DNA of 63,933 nt, the filler included, from Thraustochytrium aureum (taxonomy: Eukaryota): assembly GCA_012862495.1 (NCBI GenBank). It is 7 parts of 5 records of this genome, joined end to end, with 100 filler letters (N's around TTAATTAATTAA, not from the genome) between each part and the next. Parts side by side here need not be neighbours in the genome. Positions count along the whole stretch, not along the records: positions 1 to 28,521 come from BLSG01000152.1; positions 28,622 to 48,199 come from BLSG01000152.1; 5 more parts are not named here. One strand, written 5' to 3'. Within the stretch, counting starts at the first letter, position 1. Each line of letters starts with the position of its first letter. The notes under the pieces were generated by a model. The model had not been told where the DNA came from, searched no databases, and was given only the letters and a program-made list of their open reading frames with translations. The position numbers were made by a program, and so were the translations under genes. Below are positions 22,104-35,200 of this stretch, one piece after another.

Positions 22104-23706
22104 ATGTCGCTCGAGAGCGCCGCGCTCGAGCACAGGCTTGAGGACCTCGCCGCAAAGATCAGCATCGTCCAGAACGACCTCAAGCGCGCTCAGACGGACA
22201 TCAAAGAGGAGATCGCCAATGCATGCGCAGTGACCACTGGTGCCCTGACGGTCGTGATCGCGGTATGCATGCTCATTGAGCGCGAGTCGACCCAGGCCCT
22301 TTTCTTCACTGCCGCAGTGATCGCCTGGTTTTGCGCCTCGCAGACTAGCGCACGTGGGACGGCGAATCAACCCAAAGCTGACCGGACGCCGCCGCTCGCT
22401 CCGCAAGCTCAGCTCGCCACTCCCGTGATCAGCGCAGTCGCCAATCCCGAGAGTGCGGCCCAACCCAAGAGCCTGAGAGCTGCGCGTGTCCCTTTGCAGC
22501 TTGACGGCCTGCACCAGCCTAAGCATGCCCAAGAGCAAGGCCAACAACCGCACGCTATCGGAAAGTCCAACAAAGAGGATATCTGCGGCAGTTCCTGCGA
22601 TAGTTTCGAAGAAGAATCCAAGGCCGACGCGGAGGATGACCTTTCCGAGGCCTCCCCAAGGGCCCGCGCCAGTTCGCTGCTGGTTGATGGGCGGGTCATC
22701 AAAACTAAGGAGGAACGGCAGCTAGTTGATGATCTGCGCGCCCGTTTGGTGGACTTTTCCGGCCTCAAGCTGTCGCGCTCGCAAAACCTCGACGACTGCT
22801 CTCTCATCCGGTTTGTCAGAGCGCGAAACGGCAACCTCGACGCTGCGGAGAAAATGTACCGCGCGGCCGCGGATTGGCGCGAGGCGACCAAGCCAGAGGA
22901 AATTCGCCAACGCCTCGAGGACGACATGAAGCCCATCTTTGAGTGCCTAACTGGTGGATGGTGCATGCACGACAAGGAGGGCGCCCCGGTTTTATATGAG
23001 CGCGTGGGCCGTCTCGACGTTCCAGGCCTCATGGCGTGCATCAACGACCCCGACGTGGACCTGAGCGAGCAAGACATCATCGACCACCACATCTGGCACC
23101 AGGAGATGCACACGCGCAAGCTCCAGGAGGCTGAAGACCTCTTTGGGGTGCCGCAATACCAGCTTGTTGTTGTGACAGATTTGGAAGGGTAAGTGTTGCT
23201 TCCGCCGCACGCGCGCGCGAGGCCAGAGCCACCCTTGCTTGCGTGCAAGTTGCCGTCTTGCTTCGCGCCTTTTGCACTGCTGGCTGGCTGGCTTGCCGGT
23301 TTTGGCTGGCCAACTATCGCTGGCCAACTTTGGCTGGTCCGTTGCTGACGACGGACTGTCTCGTACATTCTATAGCCTCGGGATGAAACACTTCAACCGC
23401 TCCGCATTCAAGATCTTGAAGAAGATGCTGCACATTGATGATGCCAACTACTGCGAACGTCTCAAAGTGCAGTTCATAATCAATGCACCCCGTATCTTCG
23501 GGGCAATCTGGGCCATTGTCAAGACATTTTTGGACCCCAACACACGCGCAAAGATCCAAATCTTCTCGGGTTGCCCAACCTCCGCGCTCCTTGAGCGCAT
23601 TGAGGCAGACAAGCTGCCAAAGGCGCTCGGTGGAAACCTCTGTCTGAATGGCGACGACTACTGCGCCAGCCTCATCAAGCCGGGCAAGCCTTTCCCGCGG
23701 CGTTGA
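22104..23706 (+). CDS. Sec14/CRAL-TRIO lipid-binding protein with N-terminal coiled coil and two hydrophobic helices; exons 22104-23188 and 23376-23706
   Basis: DDCSLIRFVRARNGNLDAAEKM, DKEGAPVLYERVGRLD and ERLKVQFIINAPRIFGAIWAIVKTFLDPNTRAKI..LPKALGG. Splicing gives DLEGLGMKHF. Confidence 0.92.
23189..23375 (+). other. Spliceosomal intron (187 nt) in the Sec14 gene
   Basis: GTAAGT donor, GCTGAC branch-like site and TAG acceptor; removal restores the frame. Confidence 0.88.
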
Positions 23707-23903
23707 GCACCAGCAATCGACCACAGCCGCACAAGCGCAGCGCCTGTGCTCTCTCTCTAGCGAGCTCGAGAGAGCTGTCCGAGAGCACTAAACACAAGCT
23801 TGTCAAAGGCACTCGCATTTCCATTCTCTACTCGTTTCTATAGCTAGCAGAGGCTAGCAGAGGGCCCCTGGGTCGCGAGACAGCTGGAGTATCCACCCGC
23901 CGG

Positions 23904-26900
23904 CTAAGCCAGCCGAGCGCGGCATTCGCGTTCCACTTGCTGAGACAGCAGCGGGCTATCAGTCCGGATGAGCAAGTCAGCGCCCGTGCCAGTGCGCTTG
24001 CCGTGAACCAAAATGGTCCCGCTTGGCGCAACCCCTGAAAAGATGGCCTCCTCCGTTTGCCGGATCACCTCCACCACGCACAATCCGAGCCCCCGCTCGA
24101 CCCGCTGCACGACGTCGTCAATCGAGGATGTNNNNNNNNNNNNNNNNNNNNNNNNNNNNNNNNNNNNNNNNNNNNNNNNNNNNNNNNNNNNNNNNNNNNN
24201 NNNNNNNNNNNNNNNNNNNNNNNNNNNNNNNNNNNNNNNNNNNNNNNNNNNNNNNNNNNNNNNNNNNNNNCAAGCCCATCCATTTGGCGCCAAAGTCTTG
24301 CGTGGTCATTCGGACTGGGGCGAACGGCGGCCCGGACTCCACGCCGCTTGAAAGCGAGAGTCCGCCAAGCAAGTCGTCCACCCCTGCCCCACCCGAAGCG
24401 CTTCCATTCGACTGCGAAGGCTGAGCCACCGAATCAAGCGACAGCAGGTCGAGCGGGTCGGCAAAGCCGCCCCACCAGCTTTGCTCGGATTCGATGGCGA
24501 CTGGGCTGGCGTGTCGTCAAAATCTAGCAAGTTGACTGGAGAAGATGGCGCTGGCACCGACGGGGCGCCAGGCAATGCGGCAGATAGAGCTGCGGGAGCT
24601 GCGCCACCTTGCGCGACCCTGCGCCTCCGCGCTCCAGCAGCTCCAGAAGAGCTCGGAGCCCCCTCGGCACTGCCCCCTCCACTAGCGAGTCCTCCGAAGA
24701 GCGCAGCTGCCATGCGCTCGCGCTCTGAGAGCTCTTTGGGCTTGTCCGCGTTGCGCGACGCCAGCTGCGGACTCTGCGTCCTCGCGTCCTGTGCGCTCGG
24801 CTCGCTAAGCGAGTAGGTTTCGGCTGATGACTTTGCGGCAGCTGCAGCGGCCGCTTCGGCCTTGGCTTGGTTCTCGCGCTGAATTTGCGCCAGCGCTTGC
24901 GCCTGCTGTTCTTGCAGTTGCTGCAGTTGCTGCTGCCCCGCGTAACCCTGCGCCCCCCACACAGACTTGACGCCAGCGAGATTTAGGCCTGCTGGGCCAT
25001 TTGAAGGACCTGCGGCGGCTCCACCATTTGCGCCCTCAGCGCCAACGCCTCCAAATCCCAAGCCCGCGCCTGCCACCTGCGCCTGCTGCATACTGATAGC
25101 GGGTTCGAGAGCCAGCGAGTGGGCCGGGGGGGGGACGGGTTTGGTCGTAGGCATCGTACTTGAGCACCGGCTCCGCTTTGGCCTTTGTGGCGCGCTCCTC
25201 CAACTCGTCTTCGTCGTATTCGAACGCTTCGTTCTCGGATTGCGTAGGAGGCGTGTACTCGGCAGCCCCTTCCGCGAGCGCCTGCTCGACAAAGGCGTCG
25301 AGAAACCCAAAGTCAGGCTCGCTCAAGTCTTCGCACGAGGCGTCGACAGGCAGCACAACGCGCATCGTTTCGGGGTTGCGCGCGATCTCGCGAAACTCGT
25401 AGCACTTTTGCTGCAGGTCAGCGTCCATCGAGGTCGAGTAGCGGTCGATCACGTCCGCCGCTTCAGCCGGAAGCCGACCAAGCTGCGCGCACATCTTCAT
25501 CACCGCGGAGACGCCGTAACCGCGCGTGCACGAGCTCATTCCCTGCCGCCCTGCCGCCTCGCAGACCACCTCGAGGACCTCCGGGAGAGTCTCGGCTCCC
25601 AATAGGTAGGCATACTCTCCAAGAGTCCAAAACATCACCTGGAGCAGGATATCCGGCAGAACAGGCTTCTCGAACATCTCAAAAAAGATCTCGCACGCCT
25701 CGCGTCGCATCGCCTCGTCCGGGTCGTCCCCTCCCTCGGCGCCCTCATCCTCGGCGACACCCTCGGCTAGGAGCCGGAGGAGGTTGTGCGCAACCTCGGC
25801 CTCGACCAGGTCCCCGCCAAGCTCAAACACCTTGGCGATCGTCTGCACATACCATATGTTGCTCGGCGCAAAACGCTCGGCGAGCTGGCAAATGCGCGTC
25901 ACGAGGTCCTCGCGCAAGTACTTGTCGACAGCGTCCTTGAGGAAGAAGAGGAGCTTTTCCACAACTACCTCTGCATTCACTGGATTGGTCATGCGGAACA
26001 AAAGGTCGAGCGTCTTGCGCTTAAGCGTCTCGTCTGGGTCCTCGAGACAGTCGAGCACCACCATCTGGTGCTCGGCGGCGTACTGCGGGTGGTCCCGCAC
26101 CACGGCCGCAAGCCCCGTCACACCGAGGTACTTGAGGTTGTGGCTCTCGCTCTGGATGAACCGCGCGATTGCGCCTGCGGCCGCGTCCAGAAGCACCGGG
26201 TTGGGGTAGATCGTTGTCACAGTGCGCACACATTCATAAATGATCGCGTACCCGACGTAGATGCCTGTGTTGGCGCGGCTGATGCACTCACCCAGCACCT
26301 CGTACATGCCCTCGCTCGCACGTTGGTCGTTCTGGCCCAGGACCGCCAAAATCTTCAGCAGCTTGATCTGGAGCCACGGCGCCGGGATACGGTGGTAGTC
26401 AAAGTCCTTGGAAAGCCGGTGCTCGACAACCTGCTTGAGGATGCAAACGAACGAGCCAACAAGGTCCTTTTGTGACCCCGGGTCGCGTTTGGCCATCTCG
26501 TGCAGGAGGCACAGCGAAGCCCACATCACGGCCGGGTCCTTGTCGCAAAGCGCCTGCCGAACGCGCTCCATCGAAGGTTCGACCGCCTCGGGGTCGAGCT
26601 GGTAGATGCGGTACAAGGCAAGCACGGCCTTTTTGCGCACCGATGTCTGCTCGTGCACCAAGAGGTCGTTTAGCGAGGGGAGCAGCGCCGGTACCATCTC
26701 TGCGGTGATCAGCTTGCAAAGCGCGATCAGGGCCGTCGAGACCTCGAGCAGGTTGGCCGACGCCAAATCGCGCTGCAGCTGGTTGACGAGCATGAAGCGA
26801 AATTCGTGATCCGGGCTAAGCGTCAGCCCAGCGCAAAGGTAGCCAACCTTCTTCTGCATCAGGTCGCCGGCTGCCGTCATCTGGATCGCGTGAACATACG

Positions 26901-27111
26901 CGAAGGACGCGTCGTGCCCCAGCATCTCGACATAGATCAAGCGCACAAGGCTCTCTTTGATTACTTTCTTGGAAAGATTCTTCTCCTGGAACCGCTGTTT
27001 GAGTACGCGCACCTCATTAACGATGATGCGGTCCTCCTCCTGCTTGCTCTTCGACTCCCCGATCGCTTTGACAAGGTCGAAAAAATCCTTGGACAGATGG
27101 GACCCAGACAT
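23904..27111 (-). CDS. AP4E1: AP-4 adaptor complex subunit epsilon (frameshifts near 25145 and about 24450; small gap)
   Basis: N-terminus MSGSHLSKDFFDLVKAIGESKSKQEEDRII, plus DFDYHRIPAPWLQIKLLKIL and CLEDPDETLKRKTLDLL..LAERFAPSNIWY. Hinge VKSVWGAQGY; appendage MTTQDFGAKW...LCVVEVIRQTEEAI ending at 23904. Confidence 0.93.
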
Positions 27112-27216
27112 GGTTGCGTCAACCCAACCGCCGTCCCGCTCCACTCGCCAGAGCGACCTTCCCTCGCTACCAGCGCCCCTTTCCCTGCGCGCCAACGCCC
27201 TGCGCGCGCCCCACAA

Positions 27217-27274
27217 CCACCACCACCACCACCACCACCACCACCACGCCTGGCCTGCCTGCCTGCCTGCCTGC
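27217..27274. repeat. Adjacent (CAC)n and (CCTG)n microsatellites upstream of AP4E1
   Basis: About 10 CAC units followed by about 6 CCTG units. Confidence 0.9.
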
Positions 27275-28066
27275 TTATCCGCCCAACCAGGCGCCCAATT
27301 CCCGCTCAAGCTCGAGCCCAACCGCGAGTTCCGCGCCGGCGGCCCGTGCGGTATAGACAAGCTTCCGCAGCCGCGCCCGTCCAGCGCCCTCGCGCGCGCC
27401 TGCCCTGCCCGGCTCGCTCGCTCGCTCTGCGCCGCCGCGCCGCCCGAAGCTCGTCTGCAGCTTCCCTGCTGCTGCTGCTGCTGTCCCGCCCGCTCGCCAC
27501 GTCACTCGCGCGCTCAACTCCCCTCGATTTACCCTCTGGGGGCTAAGGAGCAGCTCCTTGTTCTACATGTCGAGTGTCCTCGAAAGATCCCCTCGGGTCA
27601 CCCGCAGCGACAAGGAGCAGCTCTTTGTTCCTGGGAATCGAGCTTTCCTCGATAGATCCTCAGCTATAATATTTTGAGAATAAAGGAAGTGCTCACTGTT
27701 CCTCGTGGCTGTGAAGCGTTCTTTGTACAGCGGTTCGCAGTCGTGAAGACGGTTGCAGGAGCAGGAAGGCATGCAGGCAGGGAGGGAGAGCAGAGCTGCA
27801 ACGGCGGAGGACGCGGGGAGAGCTCCTGCGGGCTCGGAGCGCGCGTGGACGCGGTGGGCGGCCGCTTGAGTACGTATCGGCAAGGCTGCGGCCGCGGGAG
27901 GCCTCGGCGCCGCGAGCGGGCGGCGCTCTGACTGGGCTTGGGCTGGTCTGGGCGTAACGCCTAGTTTTGGGGTTCGAGGTATGCTGGGCGCGCTCGCCGG
28001 CGCGCTTGGGGAGCAAGGGGCAAGCTGCGCAAGGCGCTCTCTGGGGCGGCGAGGCGCCCCAGAGTT

Positions 28067-28521
28067 GTGGAGAGTGGCTTCCGCGTGTCTGCCAAGGTCG
28101 ATGGCTGGAAGCAACCGTACGATGGGACGGTGCGGGGAGAAAATGCTGATGGAACGTTTCGTGTCGAGTTTGACGACGGCGAGGTCCACCAGGCGGTGCG
28201 CCCTGATCAGATTGTCGAGGTGCTCGGCGGATCGACGAATTCCATGTCACCGCGGGTTGGAGACCGCGTCCTGGCAAAGGTCGCGGGGTGGAAGAAACCA
28301 TACAGCGGAGTTGTGGAGGTAAGGACCGCGCACGGGGCAAGTTGCAGGTCGCTATTTGTTGGTCGCTAATTTGATTCTTGAAACAAACCGCAGTCTATCG
28401 GAGATGGCACATTATGCGTCCTCTTTGACGACGGCGAGCGGCTCGACGACGTGCTCGCCGACGAGATTGTTGAAATCTTCGCTCAGGCGTCAGTCCAAGA
28501 AAAGCCAGCCGTAGGCTCGCG
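28067..28521 (+). CDS. Tandem Tudor/Agenet-like repeat protein (partial; intron 28319-28393; start uncertain)
   Basis: Repeat 1 is GFRVSAKVDGWKQPYDGTV..DGTFRVEFDDGE. Repeat 2 is VGDRVLAKVAGWKKPYSGVVE|SIGDGTLCVLFDDGE after splicing GTAAGG..GCTAAT..CAG. Confidence 0.75.
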
Positions 28522-28621
28522 NNNNNNNNNNNNNNNNNNNNNNNNNNNNNNNNNNNNNNNNNNNNTTAATTAATTAANNNNNNNNNNNNNNNNNNNNNNN
28601 NNNNNNNNNNNNNNNNNNNNN
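28522..28621. other. Artificial contig/scaffold linker N44-TTAATTAATTAA-N44
   Basis: Exactly 100 nt with stop codons in all six frames; the identical structure occurs six times in the window. Confidence 0.97.
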
Positions 28622-28734
28622 CGCAGAAGCAAAAGCGGCAACTTGGAATAGGCAGTCGGCGAGGTCTTGCGCCCGCGCCCGCCCAAGAGCTCGACTCCAA
28701 TGCTCTGAAACAAGCCAAGCGCGCGCTTGAAGGG

Positions 28735-31700
28735 ATGTTCGAAGCCTACGAGTCCGAAAAGACAGGAGAGGTTGTAGCTGCGCCACGCCCTGCGGTGATC
28801 GGTACACCAGGTTGGGCGCAGCGCGTTGCAGAGCAGAGGCTCAAGCCGATGAGTTTTCGATCGCGCGCACACGACGACCTCGCTTGGAAGCTCGTTGGGC
28901 GACTCTTATGCGCTGTTGAAGCCAGTGCAAAGACCGGGCCGCATCCTTTGGCCAAGTGCTCAGAGTTGGAAAAGGAGTGGATTGACTGGACCATAAGCTC
29001 CAACAAAGATTTGGACGCAGTCCGCGTGAGCTGGTCGCTGGCCAAGCGCATCGGCGTCGTGAGTGAGGAGGACGAGGCGGAGCGCGATGCAAGGCTCGCC
29101 ATGGGGGAACTTGCGACAGACAACGACGTCTCCTTTGATGGGCTCTCATTTTCCCATCGCCAATGTGAGCGACGCCTGCTAAAGTCGCGATTAAACCAGT
29201 CCGGTGACTTCGCAAGAGCGCACGTTGTGCCAGATCCGCCGCTTTCGACTGCGGCACGGCTGCGAACGCACTCTACAAAAAGGTCTGCAGGATGTCTGGG
29301 CGCAACTTCGTGCAGAGGCCCACACAAACGGCCTTGACCCTGACGCAAGCCTCGTGCAGCTTCGTGAGCTTGCGCGCGAGGATTCCGCGTCCAAAAAGAA
29401 AGAGCTCGCGGAAAGACAAGCAGAGCGCAAGCGAGAGTCTGCATCCGGATTCGAGCAGTGGCGCGTTGTGAAAGAGAAAACCGAGGTGAAAAGCGAGGCT
29501 CTGGCGCGGCTGCGTCAGTCAGACACGGCGAGGCGGGTGCCCTTTCCGCGCCCGGCTGGCAAGCCGACCGACCTTGCTGCAGCCTTCACCCCGGAGCGCC
29601 CTATTCCCCTCCGATACGTAGGCGCAGGCAAGGTCGATCCAGGAGAGACGAACTACATGCACGCCAAAAACCGTAGCTCCTTGCCTGCGGCTTCCACGGT
29701 AAGCATGGCACTCAAGTCGAAAGCTGGAGAGGCCCTCCAGGTCAAAGGCAAGCCTGCCACGATCTGGGCCGCAAAGTCGCAAAATCAGCACGACCCCTGG
29801 GAAGACGTTGTGGCGTCCAAGCAGCAGCTGGAAGATCTTGGAGCGCGCCTTGACCAGGAAAACGCCGCAGCCACGGAGCGACAACAAGCTGCACAGCTTG
29901 GGTTTTTGGCGTGGGAAGAGTCGGTGAAGAAGGAGGAGCGCGCCGCCCGCGCGCTCCAGAGCCTCGACTTTGTTTCGCGATGCCTCCACAACCAAGCGCT
30001 GAGCTCGAGCCGGGAGCTTTGACATTACGCAGTGGAGACTTGTTGCAGTGGTTGCAAATTGGGCAGGCGGTTCACGCGATGCACCATGGAGTCTCCCGTT
30101 CAAACGCGCTCTTTGGAGTATGGGCGACCTGGACCTGTGAGTCCCTTTTGGGCGTCATGGGACGCCCGATTATGAAAGGGCATGCCTGCCAGATCGACTT
30201 TTCGCTTCCTGAACTCGAATTCGACAGAGCTCAGGCGCGTTTGGTCGGCTCTAGCGCAGTACTCGATACGCATGCGTTGCTGCCGCCTGGTGCACTTGTT
30301 CTGTTTTCTTCAGACCGCATCGGGCCCGACGGCCAACTCTCGCCTGAGGCGCTCGCGGTTCACCTCGACAACCAATCCGCATTTCTGGGCACCATTGACG
30401 CGGCGGTCGGGGCGGGCCACTCTCCGGGTGTCGTCATGGTGCGCGGTGCCCACGCTCTGCGCGCAGGCCTCCGTGTGAGTAAGAGCAGGTTCGGGGCGCA
30501 TGCTGTGTGCTTCGCATACGTCGTTCCCCAGTTGGTTGCCAAGGTGCTCCTTTCCCAATATGGTGCGGCCCAAACCAGCTCGCATGCGAGAGCCGCGCTG
30601 TTGCTTCTGCACAGGGCACGGGACCGTCTTCAACTCGCCACGCACATTCGCGCCATCTGCGCCGAGTATTGGGCCAAGTTCACGCCGCGCCTGCGTTGGT
30701 TCAGCGCCACACTGGCACCAGAAGAGGAAGCCGTCATAAGCGACGAGCTCGCCGTTGTCAAGCGGCTGTACGGGTCCGAGCGAATGCGCGCAAGGGTCTT
30801 GGAGCGTCTCGACGCTCGCATCGCCGAGTCTGTGAGGGCAGATGCGACCGAGCTGTGGCACGCCGCGGTTGACAATCCCGCGTTAAGGAGCGTCGCGGTT
30901 GGTTTTGCGGATGACCTCACGTCGGGCACGCCGGCTCTTACGCCGCTGCTTGGCAATAACGGCCTGCCGCTGCCTGCGGAGGACCCTGGCGGCGAAGCGC
31001 CAGCGGTCTGCGCGGAAGTTCGCGTGGGCGATTTTGTGTGCCTCGCCGAGCCAAACACGGAGGGATTTAGCCGGATGGCTGGTCCTGCCGGCGGGTCGAC
31101 CTGGTACAATGGCAGGGGGTGGCGCCGTGTGGTCGGCATGAACGCCGTTCGAAAGACCGTGCAACTGTGCCCTACCACGCGCATAAGGTCGGCTGGCGAC
31201 GGTGCTCTGGTCTATCGCGTCGTTCAGGAAGCGTCGAAGGAGGGCACGGCTGGGGAGGAGGCTGCGCGAACTGGCGAGCTGACCCACGTTTGCAAGCTCA
31301 GCCACGCTCTTCTCCTTCGCTTTGAGCACGATGGCCAAGGGTCTGATGCAAACGGAGGCGATCGCGGATCCGCTGCGTTTAAGATGTTTCACTTGCCGGG
31401 GCCCTCGCTTCTGGAGGGCCAGCTAGAACGAGCACTGTGCACATGGGCCAAGAGCGACGCGGACCGCCTGCTAGAGCGCGAGCGCGAGGCTCGAGCGAGC
31501 GCCGAGGCAAGCGCGCGAGCTGGTGCGTCCCACGTTCGCGACGCCATTGTGCGAATGGCAAAGCATGTTCTGTTCAAGGGCCAACTGACAGACGCGGTGG
31601 CGTTGCGCAGCTTTGAAAAAGTAGGTCAAGCCCTGGCCCGGATCTGCATCTTGTGCGAGGAGGAATTCGACGGCACTGCGGGCGGCACCGGTGAAGAAAA

Positions 31701-31971
31701 GTTAGAGGCAACTGCCGAAGAATCTTGGAAGGCGCTTTGGCTTGGCTGGGTTCAACGCTCACCCAAGTGGGCCGAGTTTCAGGGGCTTGGGTTTGACGCC
31801 GCAGATCTGCGAGCCATGGTCGACAGGAAATGGGATGAGCTGATGCACAAACGAGGAAACCGCCGCGATGGGTCTGCCCGACGGCGAAAACGCCATCGCG
31901 AGGTTATGGCTACTGCAGAGTTGGTCTTGGCAGAACTCTCGGCGAACCTGCACGGCACGACACAGCTGTAG
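28735..31971 (+). CDS. Large hypothetical protein, probably one gene split over three overlapping frames
   Basis: ORFs 28735-29337, 29204-30022 and 29911-31971 overlap end to end with protein-like composition. No domain recognised. Confidence 0.5.
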
Positions 31972-32237
31972 CTTTTTCAACTGAACATCGTTTTCATGAG
32001 TCGTCTTGCTGGCATTCTGTACTTGTGTCCTCGGGCTGAAGCGACGTCGACGAGAGGGCGCAGTTCATCGAGGGACGAGAAAGGCGTTGGGCTTTTGCGA
32101 ACTCAACGCAGTTGCTGACTTCTTGCTCTAGCTAGCTAGCTACATAAAGAGCTCTCGTAGAGAACTGCTTTACTCCTTGCTGACGCTGACCGCTACCCAT
32201 TGCAGCCGGCGATGCGCCCCCCCCCGAGCACGCTCAC

Positions 32238-35200
32238 TCAGCCCTTGACTTTTTCAAACACTTTTTTAAGCGCAACGTTGCAACCCTCTGCCAGATACTG
32301 CAGGCCACCCTTGCCGAGTACGGCGGGGACAAACGGCTTGCGCGAGCCGCTGGCCATCGGCCCGCCACCAGGCCCTGAACGGCGCTTTGGCGGACCCGCC
32401 TTTGATGAAGTGCGGGCAGCCGCTCGATCTTGTCGCAAGATCTTCTTAACGGCGTCGAAGACCTCTTCATCTGGGCAGAGCCGGAGATAGAGGCCAGGCT
32501 CTTCGGGCATTTCGCCAAACTTGCGAGGCTTGCGACCATGCAGAATGGCGGTGAGCTCCCGGTTAAGCCGCTCGCGCTCTGTTTGAATGGGGTCCCCAGG
32601 CTGCTGGCCGCCTTTGGCAGTCGATTGCTGGGCCTGGCGGAACGGCCGAAGCCGGTTGCGCTCCATGTCTAAAGCGCGGCGCTGCAACACCTCGAGGAGC
32701 GCCGCTCGGTCGTAGGCAATCGGGTTGACGAGACGCAGAGTGTCGGCAACAAGCTTGCGCTTCACTTTCGTGTCGAGCTGGTTTTCCTGCGCCATCGAGG
32801 GGCTCGAGTTGATCTCGATGAGCCACGGGCGCAGATCTTGATCGAGCAACACGTCAAAACCAAACAGCTCGAAGCTGTTGGGCTGATGCGTCATGCTCTC
32901 ATCGCAGCACACCAAGCTCTTGAGGACAAGAATCTTAATCGATCGTTTGATCGCCTCCACGTCGAGCCCCTGCGCGCTGAGGCGGCGCCAGAGGTAAGTC
33001 AGGCTGAGCTTTGTGCCGCCAGCTTCGTCAATCTCGGCTTTGTGGCGGGAAATGCTCTCTGCAGTGGCCTTGGTCCCCGCCCCGTTCGGCCCCAGCTTCT
33101 GAATGGATGAATTGGTGAGGTGGATGAATAGGTTCTGTAAGTCCAGCGTGTTAGACGAGTACTTGTGTGTGCAGACGCGAACGAAACCCTCCTCGTAGAT
33201 CCATGCCTCCAGTGGCTGAAACGATGTCACCAGGACGTAGATCCGCAAATCAAACTTGTAACCGTCCAAGAGCAGCGGGTTGCTGACGTACCGCTGTATG
33301 ATGACGCTCTGGCCGTAGCAGACGTCGCCGATGTCCGAAACGAGGCTGATCCCGCGCCCGCGAGAAAGCCCGACTGGCTTCATGATCCAAAAGTTCCCCT
33401 CCGGGTCCCGCTCCCCATACTTTGCAAACGCGTCGACGAACTGTATGTACTCCTTCGGGAGGATGAAGGTATCCGGAAGCAGCTCAAACTCGGCGGAAAG
33501 GAACTGGCTCATGGAGCGATAGCGCTGCAGCTCTGTCTTCAGCAAATCTTTGCGTGTCAGCACACGCGCCTGGTGAAAGTGGTTTACACGCTGCCAAGCC
33601 AACAGCGAATCTCGGTTGATCTTGGGTTTGCTCCACGTCCACAGCAAGTTCCAAACGGACCCGCTGTCGTTGGGTAGCGGGGAGCATGGGCTTGTCTGCG
33701 CCCAGCCGGGGGCCGTCAGCAGACTTGCTTGCGGAGTTTCTGGACTTGACGCGGAGCTTGGACAAGAGCGTCATCTCCCCCATGCCAAGCGTGTCGAGGT
33801 TTTCGCAGGCGTCCTTGACAATGTTGAACACCTCAAAGCGAGCCCGAGACAAAACCCGGTAGAAGCGCTCTCCCGCAAGGCTGCGCCACTGCTCGACGAG
33901 GTTGGCGGCTTGTTCTCTCTCGCCTTGGGCTGCGAGTGCACTTGCGTGCATGGCGAGAAGGCGATTTTCGGCTGCATAGATCTGGATGGCACTCTGAACG
34001 GTCTCCTCGAGCAACTTGGTGCGGTTGGCGCGCTTGGCCGAGCCTGTGCAAAGCACGGTAAAGATGTCGGCAAAGCTTTCAAAGCAGTCGCTGTAGTCGA
34101 CAATCCGATTCCCCAGCGAACCCAAGACGCGGTCTACTGCCCCAGGGGAGTTCACGTCGTTAGCCTCAACTTCGTCGTCGTCGTCGTCGTCGTCGTCGCT
34201 GCTTTCGCTGGAGCTTGAACGTTCGCCAGGACGCGCATCCGCAGCGGCTGCTTGCTTCGATTCGTCCTTTCCGTTGTTGGTTGCAGCTTCCATGCGACCG
34301 TCCTGACCGACCGGAGGGCTCGTGTTGGCGATGGCCTGGCTTCCAGGGCGAGCCGCCGCCTCCTCGTCGGGTTCCTCCAGTGCTGTAGACTCGCTACGTG
34401 CGCTGGCCAACTCACCGTCAAGGCCGTCGACGTCTTGCTTGAACTCGTCGAGCGAAGATTGCCTGGACATGTCGTCTCGAAGACTGTCCATGTCTCGCTG
34501 CAGACGCGCTAGCAAGCTCAGTTTTTCGGCCTGACCAGATCGCGCAGCGGGGTCTTCTGTGGCTTGAGACGCTGCTCTGGACTCGTTCGGAAGGAGATCA
34601 GCTCCCTCGCATGAGCTCGACGCCGCCCTCGCCTCCACGAGCGAGTCAAGCTGCGGTTTCGGATCCACCTGAGAGCGATGCGAGTTGGCCATTGCGTCTT
34701 GTGCGTCAACGGGTGGTGGCAGCTCGCGGGGTGTGGACGGTGAAGGAGGTATTGCGAGCTGCATACGCGGTTCCTCAGCGTCTTCACTCCGTGAGTCGTC
34801 CTCTGAAAAGTTTGACAGAGACCTGCGCAGAGCGACCTCTGACCGCACGTGCTCGCCTTGGACGCGAGGTGCCTCCCCAGCAAGACGGCCATCAGTGCAC
34901 TCCTGAAACCAGCCGGGACTTGAGCGTTCTTGCCCTGCCAGTAGCGTTTCGCCATTCTTCTCGGTGGTTGCGGACGCGGCGCAATCTGTGGAGACCACGC
35001 CTTCGCTTCTGGTTCCGGGATCGAGCGTGCTCTGGCCTTGCTCTTCTCGCTCTTGCTCTACGTCGCTATCATGTTGGCCATCGTTGTCTGGGGGATTTGC
35101 CTCACTGTCGCTGGAGTCGTCGCTACCGCAATCCTCGCCGTGCGAAGCAGCAGGTGATAGCAGTATTTCGATAGCAGCAGCTCTCTCAGAGGCGTCCTCG

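Noticed and set aside
27112..27360. Poly-Trp N-terminal extension of AP4E1
   Set aside because: It is a translation of (CAC)n and (CCTG)n microsatellites upstream of the conserved Met at 27111.
28566..28577. TTAATTAATTAA as a biological motif or piggyBac TTAA site
   Set aside because: It is always centred in exactly 44+44 N, so it is a synthetic linker.
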